60,880 bases of DNA, filler included, from Sanchytrium tribonematis (GCA_018985235.1; 8 parts of 8 records of this genome joined end to end with filler, not necessarily neighbours in it), one strand, 5' to 3'. Shown: positions 21,720 to 33,762, counted from the whole stretch's first letter. A program made the numbers and translations. The notes: generated from the letters alone by a model not told the origin.

Positions 21720-22694
21720 TCATCCATTTATTGATAGCCATCTCCAAAAGGGGCGTAATTCCCATGGTAGCCATTTTTGAATCTCATTATTAGATGCACT
21801 AAATGTAAACTGAAATGGATCTTGAAATTTAATTGGCAAATCGTATTGATACATTGATATATCCAATTCTCCATTTCCAAATTCATCAATGAGTGCAAGA
21901 ATGACATTTAATTGTTGTTTTCTACTAGTGGGTCTATTTGTAAAGAATTTGATGGCAAATTGCTTTAATAAATTTGGCAAATCTTTTATATGATTTTTCA
22001 TGACTATCCCATATAAATCATTCATGACTGCTGTATAGACACCATTTTGAGTGAAATAAACCCCATTATTATCCATAGATGTCATAATAAGGGACCAAAT
22101 ACGATCCATTTCACCAAGTTTTAATGAATTTGATTTCAAATACTTAGAGAAATAAAACAGGGAGTTGACAGGACCAGCTGGTTCCAAATTACATAAAGTC
22201 GGGTTATAGTGATTTTTGAATAATACTTGCTGGAATATGAAAATATACATGGCTTCGATGCTTTCATAATGAATATGTAGCTCCTCTATTGTTGGAAATT
22301 TTACATTTCTAAATGTCGTAGATTTAGATCTCACTGCTCTGGCTTTAGCGACTGCTTGTTGTGCTGTTAATAAATCATCATTTGGAATTGGATTATGAGG
22401 AACATGCATATTCTTTGCAAATGCTTCCAATCCAATGTCCAATACATCTGGTGAATCAGTGCCTTGTTGAACCATTTTCTGTGCAGTGGCTTCTATTAGA
22501 CGGCCATGTTTCGTTAAAGGTCTAAAGTGATTTAGAGTTGTTGGAGAACTTATTTCTGTTTTCAAAGAGGGTGCAAATGCTATATCACTACTTGCGGATA
22601 CACTTGCTATATCACTACTTGCGGATACACTACCTTGCGGTACTCTAGTTACCTTAATTCCAAATACAATCAATGATAAAATGTACAGTCCCAT
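21720..22694 (-). CDS. Hypothetical secreted protein
   Basis: 324-aa ORF; leader MGLYILSLIVFG; low-complexity N-terminus. Confidence 0.6.
   Translation of the reverse strand: MGLYILSLIVFGIKVTRVPQGSVSASSDIASVSASSDIAFAPSLKTEISSPTTLNHFRPLTKHGRLIEATAQKMVQQGTDSPDVLDIGLEAFAKNMHVPHNPIPNDDLLTAQQAVAKARAVRSKSTTFRNVKFPTIEELHIHYESIEAMYIFIFQQVLFKNHYNPTLCNLEPAGPVNSLFYFSKYLKSNSLKLGEMDRIWSLIMTSMDNNGVYFTQNGVYTAVMNDLYGIVMKNHIKDLPNLLKQFAIKFFTNRPTSRKQQLNVILALIDEFGNGELDISMYQYDLPIKFQDPFQFTFSASNNEIQKWLPWELRPFWRWLSING
22578..22631. repeat. Perfect 27-bp tandem duplication (SVSASSDIA x2)
   Basis: tgctatatcactacttgcggatacact occurs twice in succession. Confidence 0.95.
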
Positions 22695-23027
22695 GTTTGG
22701 AGGGATCCAATTTCCAATTGCAAAATAGGAGATGATTTGTACCCACTCCTGTTTTAGTTATAATATTTATTATTAAGTCCAATTCATATTCTTACCACCC
22801 TTGTTAACACCCATTAATTCTTGAATTCTCGTAATTCTAAATGAGTCAAATTTACAATGTATTCAAAATCGCACCCTGATTGGTCACAAATTTCACTGTT
22901 GTTTTTTTAATCAAATCCCCATGTGTGATCATCAAATCAACATCTCCCACTCTAATATTCAATAACTTATTAAATGGAATCACTAAAATCTCTTCAAATT
23001 TATTCAATCTGCGAGTCAATTGAAGTT

Positions 23028-23127
23028 NNNNNNNNNNNNNNNNNNNNNNNNNNNNNNNNNNNNNNNNNNNNTTAATTAATTAANNNNNNNNNNNNNNNNN
23101 NNNNNNNNNNNNNNNNNNNNNNNNNNN
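23028..23127. other. Artificial contig spacer
   Basis: N44-TTAATTAATTAA-N44. Confidence 0.99.
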
Positions 23128-23426
23128 TGACTCATCAATTGGTGATCTTGCGTATCCACGTACCATTCCAGCATTTCTTCAATTTTTGAAGCATTCAAAG
23201 TTGTTAATAGTTGCTCACTAAACACATGCTTTGTAAAGACTTGGTCATTTGAAGACAATTCCATCGGGATTTCACAAGAATCATCAATACTTAAATTTTC
23301 TTTTAAATCTTTAAACAACTTGTTAATTAGATTGAACTTGTTGTGACTATTGGATTCAAATTGGAATTGATCTAACAAAATTGTTGTCGAAGCCAGAGAT
23401 TCACTTGAAAGAGACAATGGGGGCAT
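23128..23426 (-). CDS. Hypothetical protein, N-terminal fragment cut by a spacer
   Basis: ATG-started ORF open to the contig edge. Confidence 0.5.
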
Positions 23427-23453
23427 GTTTGAGATTATTGGTTTTGTGTTTCA

Positions 23454-25262
23454 TTATTCTAAATCGTCTTTGTAAACAGCAATCATTTGTCTCATGTACA
23501 ATTTTGTGGTCATTAATTGTTCAAAATATAAAATATAATCTGGTTTTTGCTGTTTTTGAAATAAGACGCTACTAGGATGCACATACAAGGTATCTTTAGT
23601 TATAACAGATCTATACATATTATTTTCTTTGATAGCCAAATGATGTTTAAATCCAGATAGAAAACACTTTCTCATATCTTTTGCATCAAATTCGTTGCTA
23701 ATTGGACAAATTTGTCTTAATTGTTGTCTAATACGTACAGCCTGCTGTATATTTTTTAAATTTAAATTATTTTCACTACAAAATATTTTAGGATCTTTTT
23801 GCTCTAAATATGTATTTAAAATCGTATGGTATGTGAAAAAATCTCCATTTTGATGAATAAATCTGTCCCATTTCTGCCATGCATTTGTTCTTTTTTCATC
23901 TTCAAAGGGGTGCAATAAAATGGTTTCTACTGATAAACAGCTTACAATATCAATCATTGCTGCTGAACAAGAATATTTTATGCTTTCAATTAAAACTCTT
24001 TGAAGTGGCGGATCTAATGGGTATCTGGTCATTTGCTTTCCAATTTTAGTTAATTGAAATTCTCTATCAATGGCTCCCATCAATAATAATTGCTGAGTGG
24101 CTCTTAGTATATTTTGATCGTTTGGTGGTTCAATCCAGCTAAACTTTAAGACATCCACTTTCAGACCTTTCAGCAAAAGTATGGTAGCAGCCAAATGACT
24201 TCTTTTCAACTCGCAGTCAATTTCTTTGGGCAACTCTAACATTTGCTTATAAGTTATCATTCTATAACATTCACCAGGTCTTTCTCTTCCAGCACGACCT
24301 GTTCTCTGTTTAATATTTTGCAAACTGCTTGGTTCCACTCTTAATTGTTCGATGCCACCAATACATCTCTTTATTTTTGACTGGCATGAATCGATTACGT
24401 AAACAACACCAGGGATCGTAACCGATGTTTCCGCAATATTACTACAAATAATCAGCTTTCTGTGCTCACTTATACTGTATAATGCTTGATAAGCTTTGGG
24501 ATTAAAATTGGAAGCATAAAGAGTCATAATATGAAGTTTTGGAAGAATCATTTGCTTCAAAAGATAGTCTTTTTGCAAAGTTTTGAGTCTAGCTTTAACT
24601 AGAGTTGCAAGGCCTTCTATTTCTTCCATACCTGGCATAAAGCATAAAATGTGACCAGGGCCCTTCTCAGTATGAATTTTTATGATAGATTCGATTGCAT
24701 TTACTTGCAAGCTTTCAATCTGTTTTTCCAAATGGAAAACTTCAACAGGGTGTGGTTTGGTGGGAATGTGAACCAATTTTGGATTAAATTCTCTGTAATA
24801 TTTTGCAAACAATTGTGAATCAATTGTCGCACTCATTAAAATTATCTTCAATTCTTTTCTTTTTGGTAAAATGTTTCTGAGTAATCCAAGCAAAACATCC
24901 ATTCTCAGTCCACGTTCGTGAACTTCATCTAATATAATTGTTTGATATTTTGATAATGTAGGTTCTTGCAAGGATTGTCTTAACAGCCATCCATCGGTGC
25001 AGAAAAGTATTCTGGTGTTGCTATTAATATTATCTTCAAATCTGACTGCATAAGACACGCAATTTGAATCCATTTCTGATGCTACACGTCTGGCTAAAGA
25101 TATGGCGGCCAATCTCCTAGGTTGAACTACCACTATATTGTTGTCTAACATTTGCGGTATTTGAGTACTTTTACCACTTCCTGTTTCTGCCGAAAGTATT
25201 AGCACCTGATTCTCTTTAATTAACTGTTGCAATCGTTCCTTATGTCTGGTGATTGGTAACAT
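23454..25262 (-). CDS. DEAH-box RNA helicase (DHX33/Dhr2-like)
   Basis: AETGSGKST, QPRRLAA, DEVHER, MSAT, NIAETSVTI, QRTGRAGR, HA2 region, VHPSS. Confidence 0.9.
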   Translation of the reverse strand: MLPITRHKERLQQLIKENQVLILSAETGSGKSTQIPQMLDNNIVVVQPRRLAAISLARRVASEMDSNCVSYAVRFEDNINSNTRILFCTDGWLLRQSLQEPTLSKYQTIILDEVHERGLRMDVLLGLLRNILPKRKELKIILMSATIDSQLFAKYYREFNPKLVHIPTKPHPVEVFHLEKQIESLQVNAIESIIKIHTEKGPGHILCFMPGMEEIEGLATLVKARLKTLQKDYLLKQMILPKLHIMTLYASNFNPKAYQALYSISEHRKLIICSNIAETSVTIPGVVYVIDSCQSKIKRCIGGIEQLRVEPSSLQNIKQRTGRAGRERPGECYRMITYKQMLELPKEIDCELKRSHLAATILLLKGLKVDVLKFSWIEPPNDQNILRATQQLLLMGAIDREFQLTKIGKQMTRYPLDPPLQRVLIESIKYSCSAAMIDIVSCLSVETILLHPFEDEKRTNAWQKWDRFIHQNGDFFTYHTILNTYLEQKDPKIFCSENNLNLKNIQQAVRIRQQLRQICPISNEFDAKDMRKCFLSGFKHHLAIKENNMYRSVITKDTLYVHPSSVLFQKQQKPDYILYFEQLMTTKLYMRQMIAVYKDDLE

Positions 25263-25647
25263 CCTAACTCCTACTGTTTAATGGATTTTAAAAATCTTTA
25301 ATTGTGCCGATTGACTCTGATCCTACTGATTCAATTGATATTCGGAAACAATTATACAATAGTGACTCCATTGCTTCAAGCACCGGACTTCTAGAGCTTG
25401 ATAATGCACAAAATGTATTAAAATAAGAAATTGTAAATGTTTTTTACGATAAATAAATTCTGTAGACTTTGTGCAAGTTAAATCAAGTATTTAGAACCAC
25501 AGAACCCTTAAATTTGAATTTAGACATGCCCTTGGTTTCAAATGAAGTAATATGGATAAATGGTGAATGCAATACATCACTTCGCTAATTACTGATTAGC
25601 AAGAAATAGTTTACGATTAAAAATTAGCACAAATATTATTAAGGCCA

Positions 25648-26360
25648 ATGTTGACCGAAATTTATTTGACATTTTGGATTTGGATTTCTTTTTTAACAAT
25701 TACAGTTAATGCAATACCATGGGTAGACTATCGAATTAGCCATCAAGAGCAAGTGACGAAGCTCATAACTAGAAACTTAGTGGGCATTCAAGTTGGCGAA
25801 GCGATATTGCTTTATAGCTTTGCAATTATTTTAGTGATTCTAATGGTGGGTGTGGTGTATTTTGGAGACGAGGGACAATGCGTGGTTCCCTTAAAGATTG
25901 ATATTGAGCAGATTGAGTATGTGAAAGTACCTTGCAAAATTTTGGAAGGTTCAGTAACTAACAGATTTAAAAAAAGGCGAAATTTGAAGGTTGAAGTGAT
26001 GAAACCTAAAAGACAGGATTCAAAGGCTGCAAATTCAATTGTTGACCCTCTTTGGGATTGGGATAATATGTTTAATAAGTCTGAGCTGGAAAAAACTGAG
26101 GATATGATGAAATGCTTTCAAAAAATTGTTCAGGGTTTAATTTAATTTATTTAGAAATGACACCAAAAGTGGAAAATATTCAAAAGAAAATTGGAGGTAC
26201 GGAATATGAGATTTTAAAAGCAAGAATTTTGTTTAGATTTGATATCATGTACAGGGCTGAAAAGAATTCTAATCTTGAGAAATTAAATTTCTTATTTCTA
26301 GAAAAATTAATCGATGAAGCAAAGCATACCCAGGAATTAATCAATCAGGCATTAGTTTAA
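25648..26360 (+). CDS. Hypothetical membrane protein; exons 25648-26134 and 26155-26360
   Basis: Two N-terminal hydrophobic helices; a 20-nt intron fuses two ORF-track ORFs in frame (VQ-E-MTPK). Confidence 0.6.
26135..26154 (+). other. 20-nt intron (gtttaatttaatttatttag)
   Basis: Same TTTATTTAG 3' end as the SPP, eRF1 and PGM3 introns; restores frame. Confidence 0.7.
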
Positions 26361-26589
26361 TAAATGATGATTCAAAAATTGAGCCAAGCAATTTCCGTGT
26401 TTCAAACCATATTCAAGAACGCTTTCTGCGTTAAACCAAACCACAAAAATGTCACTGGAAATTAATATTTCGCATTTAAAATGAAACCTCTTCTGCGTAA
26501 TACATTTGAGTAATTTCTTCTAGTCATAAATGACGTTTTTGGCCTAAACTATTGAAGAAAAAAGTCGATCGTGATTTTAAAACACATAC

Positions 26590-27366
26590 ATGATATTTAC
26601 TCTGGCGGACGCGTATAAAATTTGTTGGGGTGGGGCTCTATGTTTATTTCTTCAAAATCTTCTTATGGCAATTATTACTTTTGAAAGAAAAAGAAGTGAA
26701 AAATTGTTTTTTATGATACTCTTGGGTTTGGTGCTATGTATAATCGAAGCTACTTTAGTTTTTGCGAAGCCTGTCATCGGATCCTCTTTAGAACTAAAAA
26801 TTATTAAAAACGTCGTTTGGGTATGCATTGTGCAGAATAGCATATGGCTCTATTGTGAACGTATTCGTTCATTAGGGTCGGTGTTGGATTCTGATAAATA
26901 CCTCAAGTATATTCCCAGTGTTGTCTTAATACTCCAACTGCCGAGTGTCATGGTCAATTTAATTGCAGCTATAGAAGATTTATTTGACAAGACCATATTC
27001 TTTTCCGTTTTTGTTACAATATTCTTTTTGGGAATTATATTAATTGAAATATATTTGTACATTCAACTGTTCAAAAAACTCGACATTGTCTTGAGCGACA
27101 AGCCAAACAAAAATGAGAAATTGCAACTTAATTTGAAACTCTCAACGATAGTAGTATCATTCATGGAACTGCTTCTTGCAATTCTCAGATGCTTCTATCC
27201 CATCAATTTCATATTGTCACCCATTATCTATTTATTAAGAATTTCGGTGTTGATGCAATTTTACAACAATTTAGTTCCGGAATCCGCAAGAGATAGGATT
27301 GATTCTTTGAGGCAGAATTCTTACAGCACCGAACCACTAGATTTTAGCTACTTTTCGCAAACTTAA
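26590..27366 (+). CDS. Seven-TM receptor-like membrane protein
   Basis: About 7 hydrophobic segments in 258 aa; motifs shared with 36739 and 37704. Confidence 0.65.
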   Translation: MIFTLADAYKICWGGALCLFLQNLLMAIITFERKRSEKLFFMILLGLVLCIIEATLVFAKPVIGSSLELKIIKNVVWVCIVQNSIWLYCERIRSLGSVLDSDKYLKYIPSVVLILQLPSVMVNLIAAIEDLFDKTIFFSVFVTIFFLGIILIEIYLYIQLFKKLDIVLSDKPNKNEKLQLNLKLSTIVVSFMELLLAILRCFYPINFILSPIIYLLRISVLMQFYNNLVPESARDRIDSLRQNSYSTEPLDFSYFSQT

Positions 27367-27792
27367 TAAATTAATAAATAAAATGCTGCTTTTTTAGTAC
27401 TGAATAATTTGATGGCGATGGCAAGATGCAAAACATTATAATACAGAACAATAATCAATTCTAAGATTGAAATAGAACCAGCCAATCTATTTCTCGTACC
27501 AACTAACAAATTTTTTTGCGATTATTGGATACGTGTAATACATAAGTCTTTAAGATTGATTTGAAACAACTCTCGGGTTAATCTAATCACCTATTCATGA
27601 AATGTGTAGTCCAGCTTATTTCACAAGTTAATTGAAATGCATATACCTCAACGAAGCATTTGCTCACAAGCAATTTAAATCAAAATTTTATTATCCAATC
27701 AAAACTTTGAAATAGTGACTTGTTAAATTTCTAATTGGATAGCTGTTGTTAAAAATTCTATTACGGACTATCCCAAGATCCAGAGTAAATCA

Positions 27793-29214
27793 ATGGAAGG
27801 GTTATTCAGCAGGAAGTTTATGGATCAAATATCTTTTGCATTGATTTTACTTATTGTTTTGTTTTTGAGTGTGTCCTTGTTGCTTTCAGAAAATGTACCG
27901 TTGTTTCTTGTCTTTGCGCTCACGTGTAGCAAATTTGGATACTTTTTAATAGAATTTGATTATTTATATGGTACTTGGACAATTATTAATTCTGCATTTG
28001 CTCCCATCCAAAAGAATTTAGAAAATTTAAATGTAAAATTCAACAGAGACTCTAAGAACTCAAGAATGCATCATCTGGATGCGCTGAGAGGTATAGCGGC
28101 AATTGTCGTGGTGCTTTACCACTGCACAAAATTAGAGTTTGCAGAGAAGCAATACTCTGATGCTATTACTCAAGATTCTTCGCACATTTTATTTTATCCA
28201 GCTAAACTCGGATCCACAATGGTAGATTTTTTTGTAGTACTAAGTGGCTATGTTCTCGGAAGGGTTTACTGGAATTCTAAACGCGCTAAAGATTTTTACA
28301 AATTATTTATAGGAAGAGCAATCAGATTTTATCCTTTACATTGGGCTACAACATCTGTTTATTTTGTTGCAATAGTGTATATTGGATTTCATTTTGACGA
28401 CTTTTATCTTCAAAGCCTTACGTTTAGCCGTTTCGAAAGATGTTACACTCTCACACACATGTGGGAATATTATTTTGATTCTTCATGGAATACAGTACGT
28501 TCATGCAACGGTCCTAGTTGGTCTTTGAGTGCTGAATGGATGATTAATATTGTGATGTTTATTGCAATACGATTATTTCCAGATTTTGTGAGTCTATTTA
28601 TTTTTGAGTGCATTGCTGTTGTTGGATACAAAAGTGTTGGTACTTCAATGGTTTTTCCTTTATTTCATGCATTTTTTGTAGGATGTATTGCGTCCAAATT
28701 GGTAGGATGGATCAAAATACCATTAAAGCCAGTCAAAATCATTTTTGATTTTTTATCAATCTATCAAATTATGAATTTTTATAGCAGTGTCATGTTAGAT
28801 GCAGATGGTCAAGCAACTTTATCCCACTCGGAAATGGGACTAAAGATTGTTCCTTATAGTACTGTTTTGTTTATTTTACTCGACCAAAGCTATTATATCC
28901 CGAAATTGATTGGAAATTCTATTTTGAAATACATTGGCAAAATTAGTTTTGCCCTCTATTTGTCACATATTCCATTATTAATGATATTAAAAGCAATTCG
29001 TGCTGATCAGATTGTAGTTTATAATAATGTCGATCTATCGGGTGTGATTTTGCTCATTTTGATTGTTGCTGATTTGTGTAATCGATTTATTGAGGAATCC
29101 AGCCGCGAGCATATACAACCTCTGCTTGGTTTAAAGAAACTAGATAAGGAAAAGGGCTATGAGGAAATACCTTCAGATGAATTGGAAGAAGGTCTAGTAA
29201 AAAGCAAACATTAA
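27793..29214 (+). CDS. Acyltransferase-3 (OafA/OatA-like) membrane O-acyltransferase
   Basis: LDALRGIAAIVVVLYH, VDFFVVLSGYV, RAIRFYP, WSLSAEW, IGKISFALYLSH. Confidence 0.88.
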   Translation: MEGLFSRKFMDQISFALILLIVLFLSVSLLLSENVPLFLVFALTCSKFGYFLIEFDYLYGTWTIINSAFAPIQKNLENLNVKFNRDSKNSRMHHLDALRGIAAIVVVLYHCTKLEFAEKQYSDAITQDSSHILFYPAKLGSTMVDFFVVLSGYVLGRVYWNSKRAKDFYKLFIGRAIRFYPLHWATTSVYFVAIVYIGFHFDDFYLQSLTFSRFERCYTLTHMWEYYFDSSWNTVRSCNGPSWSLSAEWMINIVMFIAIRLFPDFVSLFIFECIAVVGYKSVGTSMVFPLFHAFFVGCIASKLVGWIKIPLKPVKIIFDFLSIYQIMNFYSSVMLDADGQATLSHSEMGLKIVPYSTVLFILLDQSYYIPKLIGNSILKYIGKISFALYLSHIPLLMILKAIRADQIVVYNNVDLSGVILLILIVADLCNRFIEESSREHIQPLLGLKKLDKEKGYEEIPSDELEEGLVKSKH

Positions 29215-29232
29215 AGTGCAAATTATAATTAT

Positions 29233-30612
29233 TTATTCAGAGACACCAGTCATAGAAACTTTAGCTGGTTTTCGTCTTCTTAAACTTGCTAATAATGTAT
29301 TAATCACAATACCAGAAATAAATGCAGATACAGCAACTCTCAACATTCCAGTTATTGTCAGATTTAATAGACCGTTGCCAACTTTCCAAGCATTGTAATT
29401 ATTAAAATTAATCAACAACACATCAGCGGTTGTCAAAAAATTCGCACTCGAATCAGTCGCGTCCACTGTTTCAAACGTAGACGACTGAAAACTTACAATT
29501 GAATTTTGTGTCACAGGCAAGTGAGGTCTTGTTAAAATTACCTGTCTTTCTGTTGTGGTTTTCACAATTTTCTCCGAAGAAAGACCTGCCAAACTTGTTG
29601 TAGCATCTGCCAAAGCAGAAGAAAACAACTGTTTCGTAGATTTCTCCATCAGTATTGTTTCTGCAGTGTTGGACAGCCGTGGGGATGTTTTTTGAATTCC
29701 CAAATTATTCAGCAAACACGTTCCTGTCATATAAGCCAAATTATTAGCAGGAACTGGATTGTCACTTAGATTACAAGTTGAGGTGGTAACTGTGGAACTA
29801 ATCACTACAACACTTTGTAAATAATTGTTTTGTGCATAAACAGATTTAACATTTTTCACCATTAGACTTGCATCGAGCCAATTATTAGAGACATCTAGAT
29901 TTTGCCCATAAAACAAGAAATCGCCATAAATCTGGTTGTTGGCCAAATTAAATGAGTTTCTGTATATTGAGGAATTGGAAATGACAACAGCTCCAGTCAA
30001 CTGATTGTTTTGTAAATCCAAATTAAGCAGACTATCGGGAATAGACGGAACAGCTCCAAACAAATTGTTATTCGACATTTTCAATAACTTTAAGCTAGGA
30101 GGTATCGATGGCAACGTGGAAGTCAATCCACAACTTACCATTTCAAGTGACTGGCAAGGTGGAAGTTGCGAAATAATGCCAATTGGGTTTCTAGTCAAAT
30201 TTAAATTTACAACGCTGTCCATAAATGAAAACATCTGGTTTAAATTGTTGTAGTCTAATCTGATTGTTGTGATGGTAGAAGATGTAATTTGTGGGTTTGC
30301 AAGAGTGTTGTTATTTAAGTCCAACTCCTTGACAATCACATTCGTCGCGGAGAAAATGCTTAATTTATTGCCACTGAGATCTAAAGTGGCACTGTTACAA
30401 TTTAAATTAGTTAAAGTAGCAGATCCAAGTGCACCTGCAGCTATTGTAACGCTTAGGCAGCTACTGCTGAGAACAAAAGATTGGATAATCTTATTTTGAA
30501 TGTTCAAATTAGACATTGAGACTGTATTTGTGATTTTCAATCCAAAATTGTCTGTAGTAGCTGACCAAGAAAAGTCTTTGGTGATCGAATCAACATCTAG
30601 TTGTTGCAAATT
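29233..30612 (-). CDS. LRR receptor-like protein, 5'-truncated; Ser/Thr stalk, C-terminal TM and basic tail
   Basis: LxLxxN repeats, LPxxLxxL repeats, CNLSDNP cap, TM followed by RRRK. Confidence 0.8.
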   Translation of the reverse strand, partial: NLQQLDVDSITKDFSWSATTDNFGLKITNTVSMSNLNIQNKIIQSFVLSSSCLSVTIAAGALGSATLTNLNCNSATLDLSGNKLSIFSATNVIVKELDLNNNTLANPQITSSTITTIRLDYNNLNQMFSFMDSVVNLNLTRNPIGIISQLPPCQSLEMVSCGLTSTLPSIPPSLKLLKMSNNNLFGAVPSIPDSLLNLDLQNNQLTGAVVISNSSIYRNSFNLANNQIYGDFLFYGQNLDVSNNWLDASLMVKNVKSVYAQNNYLQSVVVISSTVTTSTCNLSDNPVPANNLAYMTGTCLLNNLGIQKTSPRLSNTAETILMEKSTKQLFSSALADATTSLAGLSSEKIVKTTTERQVILTRPHLPVTQNSIVSFQSSTFETVDATDSSANFLTTADVLLINFNNYNAWKVGNGLLNLTITGMLRVAVSAFISGIVINTLLASLRRRKPAKVSMTGVSE

Positions 30613-30712
30613 NNNNNNNNNNNNNNNNNNNNNNNNNNNNNNNNNNNNNNNNNNNNTTAATTAATTAANNNNNNNNNNNNNNNNNNNNNNNNNNNNNNNN
30701 NNNNNNNNNNNN
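30613..30712. other. Artificial contig spacer
   Basis: N44-TTAATTAATTAA-N44. Confidence 0.99.
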
Positions 30713-31076
30713 CATTATTTAGTACATTCACTTTGTTTGTGAAGATGCTGTTCATTGGAAAGATATATATCCAATAACCAATACTGTGCAGAGCACAGTA
30801 TAAGAGCAGGGCATTAAAAATGATTTGGCAGAGCCAAATAAAATGCAGAGCATTTTTTGTAAAATTTACAATTTTTTAAATTTTTTTATTTTTGCATCTG
30901 TTTGGATTAGGAATAATAAAAACGCATAATTTGAGAGTGATCTCTACGAGAATTGACTCATTTGTCAATTAATGCCGATTTCGAAGTGCACTATTAGCCT
31001 CTTAACAATCGCAGAGCTCTTGTTAATACTATTAATATAGTTTGGATTTGGCATTGAACGGATTCTTCAAATAAAT

Positions 31077-33762
31077 TTATTGAGTATCGTAATCCACAAT
31101 TTTAGTTTTTTTCTTCAATTTCTTGAGCCACATATTGAAATGAACAACTCCAATCACAACAACGCCACTCACCAATAATTTGAAAATCATATTTAAATTC
31201 CACTTGATACTGAATATGGGCACTCCAAATTTCACAATTCCATTTCCAACAAATGATGCAATAGTGCTCTGCTGTATCACTAAATGGGTACTATTTATTT
31301 CAATTGATGTTGAAATGGTGAATTTATTCCGATAAATGACTCGAGTAGCAACTAAATTATAATAATTTACTTGGATTTTCAGAACTCATGATTGGAATAG
31401 TTGAAAGTGTTGGAGACTCGGATGTAATTTGTAAATTCAATGACCGAGTAGTTAAATAGTACTTCTTACACATGGTATAATTGCTAATATGAGTACTATT
31501 TAATAATGGACTGAATGATAAATCACAATCAGCTAATAAATTGGTAGAATTGATTTTTAAATCATATACATTTGATTTACCCAATAGGACTTTCATGGGA
31601 CTTTGTAATACGAGTACATCATCAAATGAATTGTTTTCATCCCTAAAATCTCCCAATACGACAATTTTAAGAGACGCAGGAAATGTTGGAAATGGACCTG
31701 TTAAAGAATTCCCCTGAATTTGCAATTCTTCTAGATTGGGTGGTAAACTAGTAATGGGACCAGTCAAATTGCAAAAACTCAATCTCAATACCTTTAAACT
31801 ATTAGGAAGTACTGGCCAAGGTTGATTCAAATTAATGCTTGACACATGAAGTGTCTCTAAACCCTCTGCAAATAATGGCAATGGGCCACCAATAGATCCA
31901 AATATCTGAATCAATTTAATGTTTCCAGGAATATTTTCTGGTATTTTAGCAGTTTGATTGTATATAGAAGCAATTAAAAGACTCTCTAAAGAAAATGGAA
32001 GATCTGAAATTAAAAATGCATATCCATTATTTGTCTTTGCTGTATTGGATATTCTAATTTCAGTCACATTTTGACCAGTGCAACTGAATCCACCATAATA
32101 CGAATCACAACAATTATCATCCACATTTGAATAATCAATTCCAATATTTTGAAATAATTTTTTAGTATCTGAGCACGATTTAAGTTTTATTGGATCTGTA
32201 TATCGTTGATTCACATGGATACAGCTTGTAAAATTGGTTAAACCATTTGCTGCAATATTATTCCATGAAACATCACAGCCAAAATTGGTGATTTGTCCCA
32301 AAGTGAGTATTTTATCAATAAAATTATGCTTAAAATTGAACAATAAATTTGGAGTTTGTGAGAAATAAGTCATATCTACCACTCCTTTAATCTGATTGTA
32401 AGAAACATCAATATAAAACAAGGATTTTGCACTCCATCCATTTTCAAAAGAATCCAAATGATTATAAGCTACTGCCAAATAACCAAGGCCATTGACCAGT
32501 GGCATACTGCCATTAATCTCATTTGATTTAATAAAAAGCATTAACAAATTACTTGGCAATTTGCCTTTCATTCCCCCACTGAAATGATTCAAAGAAAAGT
32601 CAATTTCCGACAGTCGTGACAGCCCTGACAAATCTGGAAATACACTTGATATTTGGTTGAACCTTAAATCGATATTATTTAATAATGGTGGTAGCAAAGA
32701 AGTATTAAATGTGCCATTTAAATTACCACTTCCATTAAATCGAATTGAAACAATACGATTTTCAGTGCAACTTATTTGATGGTATTTTTCATCACAGCAA
32801 TTGGATATTCCAGCAAGATAATTAAAGTAGTCCGGACTTGCCAAATGCATGTTTAATTGTTTGTAAAATAAAATCAAATTTGAACAATCTGGAGAAGGTG
32901 CTACAGTCGCATTTTTAAAGTTGAATTTACATCCACGTGCTTGTAAACCAGTCAAATCACCCGCATTATCTGGTTCAAGATACACTTCAGACGTATAACA
33001 CGCTGTGATTCGATCAGGATGTTTTACAAACAATCTATCAAATTTAGTATCAGTTCCTAAACCCAAATGGGTTATATTTGGTGAGGTTATTGTGAGATTT
33101 CCTGATGCAATGCTCTCATGTAGTTCCAAATATCTCATATTTTTAAAATCTTGTGAGATAAACCCAGTTAAATCACACTTGCAATAAATCAAATTTAGTA
33201 CTTCTATCGTGTCTGGCAATATTCTTTTCAATGGAATTCTCAAATTACTGAAATACGAATTGTGCAATTCTTTCAAATTTGTCATATTAAGTGGCAGAAT
33301 ATCAAATGTCAAAATTGGTGTTTCTAAATATTCCAATGAATCGGGCATTTTTATTGTCAATGGTTGATTGAAATTCGTTGTTCTAAGATATGTTATGTTT
33401 GGTAACACATCCATTTGTATTTGAATCGTATATCCATAATATAAATCTAATACTTTTAGAGTTTCTGGTAATTTTGTGATTGAAAAGTCTTTTTCACAAT
33501 ATAAGAGGGCCAAAACGCGTAAATTTGATGGAAATACAAGAGATGGATTGGTTGGTTTACCATATTCACCAATAAAATCCCAATGTAATTCAATAACTCG
33601 ATCATTTTCACATACTACGCCATATCCCAAACAACAATCTTTGTCATATTGGACAGTATATTCTGGATACAAGTACTTCATATCTAGATCTTGTGCTAGT
33701 TTGACTACTACGGGACAGTCTATGGAAACAGAAATCAAAAGAGAGAGAAGAAGCGCGTACAT
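31077..33762 (-). CDS. Multi-module LRR receptor-like protein; exons 33762-31371 and 31351-31077
   Basis: Three C..CC..C..(R)VxxI caps each followed by LRRs and a Cys cap. Splicing adds VGNG..TM..KKLKKK, similar to the 29233 gene's C-terminus. Confidence 0.82.
31352..31370 (-). other. 19-nt intron (gtaaattattataatttag)
   Basis: Links the LRR ORF in frame to the TM exon. Confidence 0.82.

Noticed and set aside
30781..30801. 9-bp hairpin ATACTGTGC-AGA-GCACAGTAT
   Set aside because: Isolated short inverted repeat near a contig edge with no supporting context.
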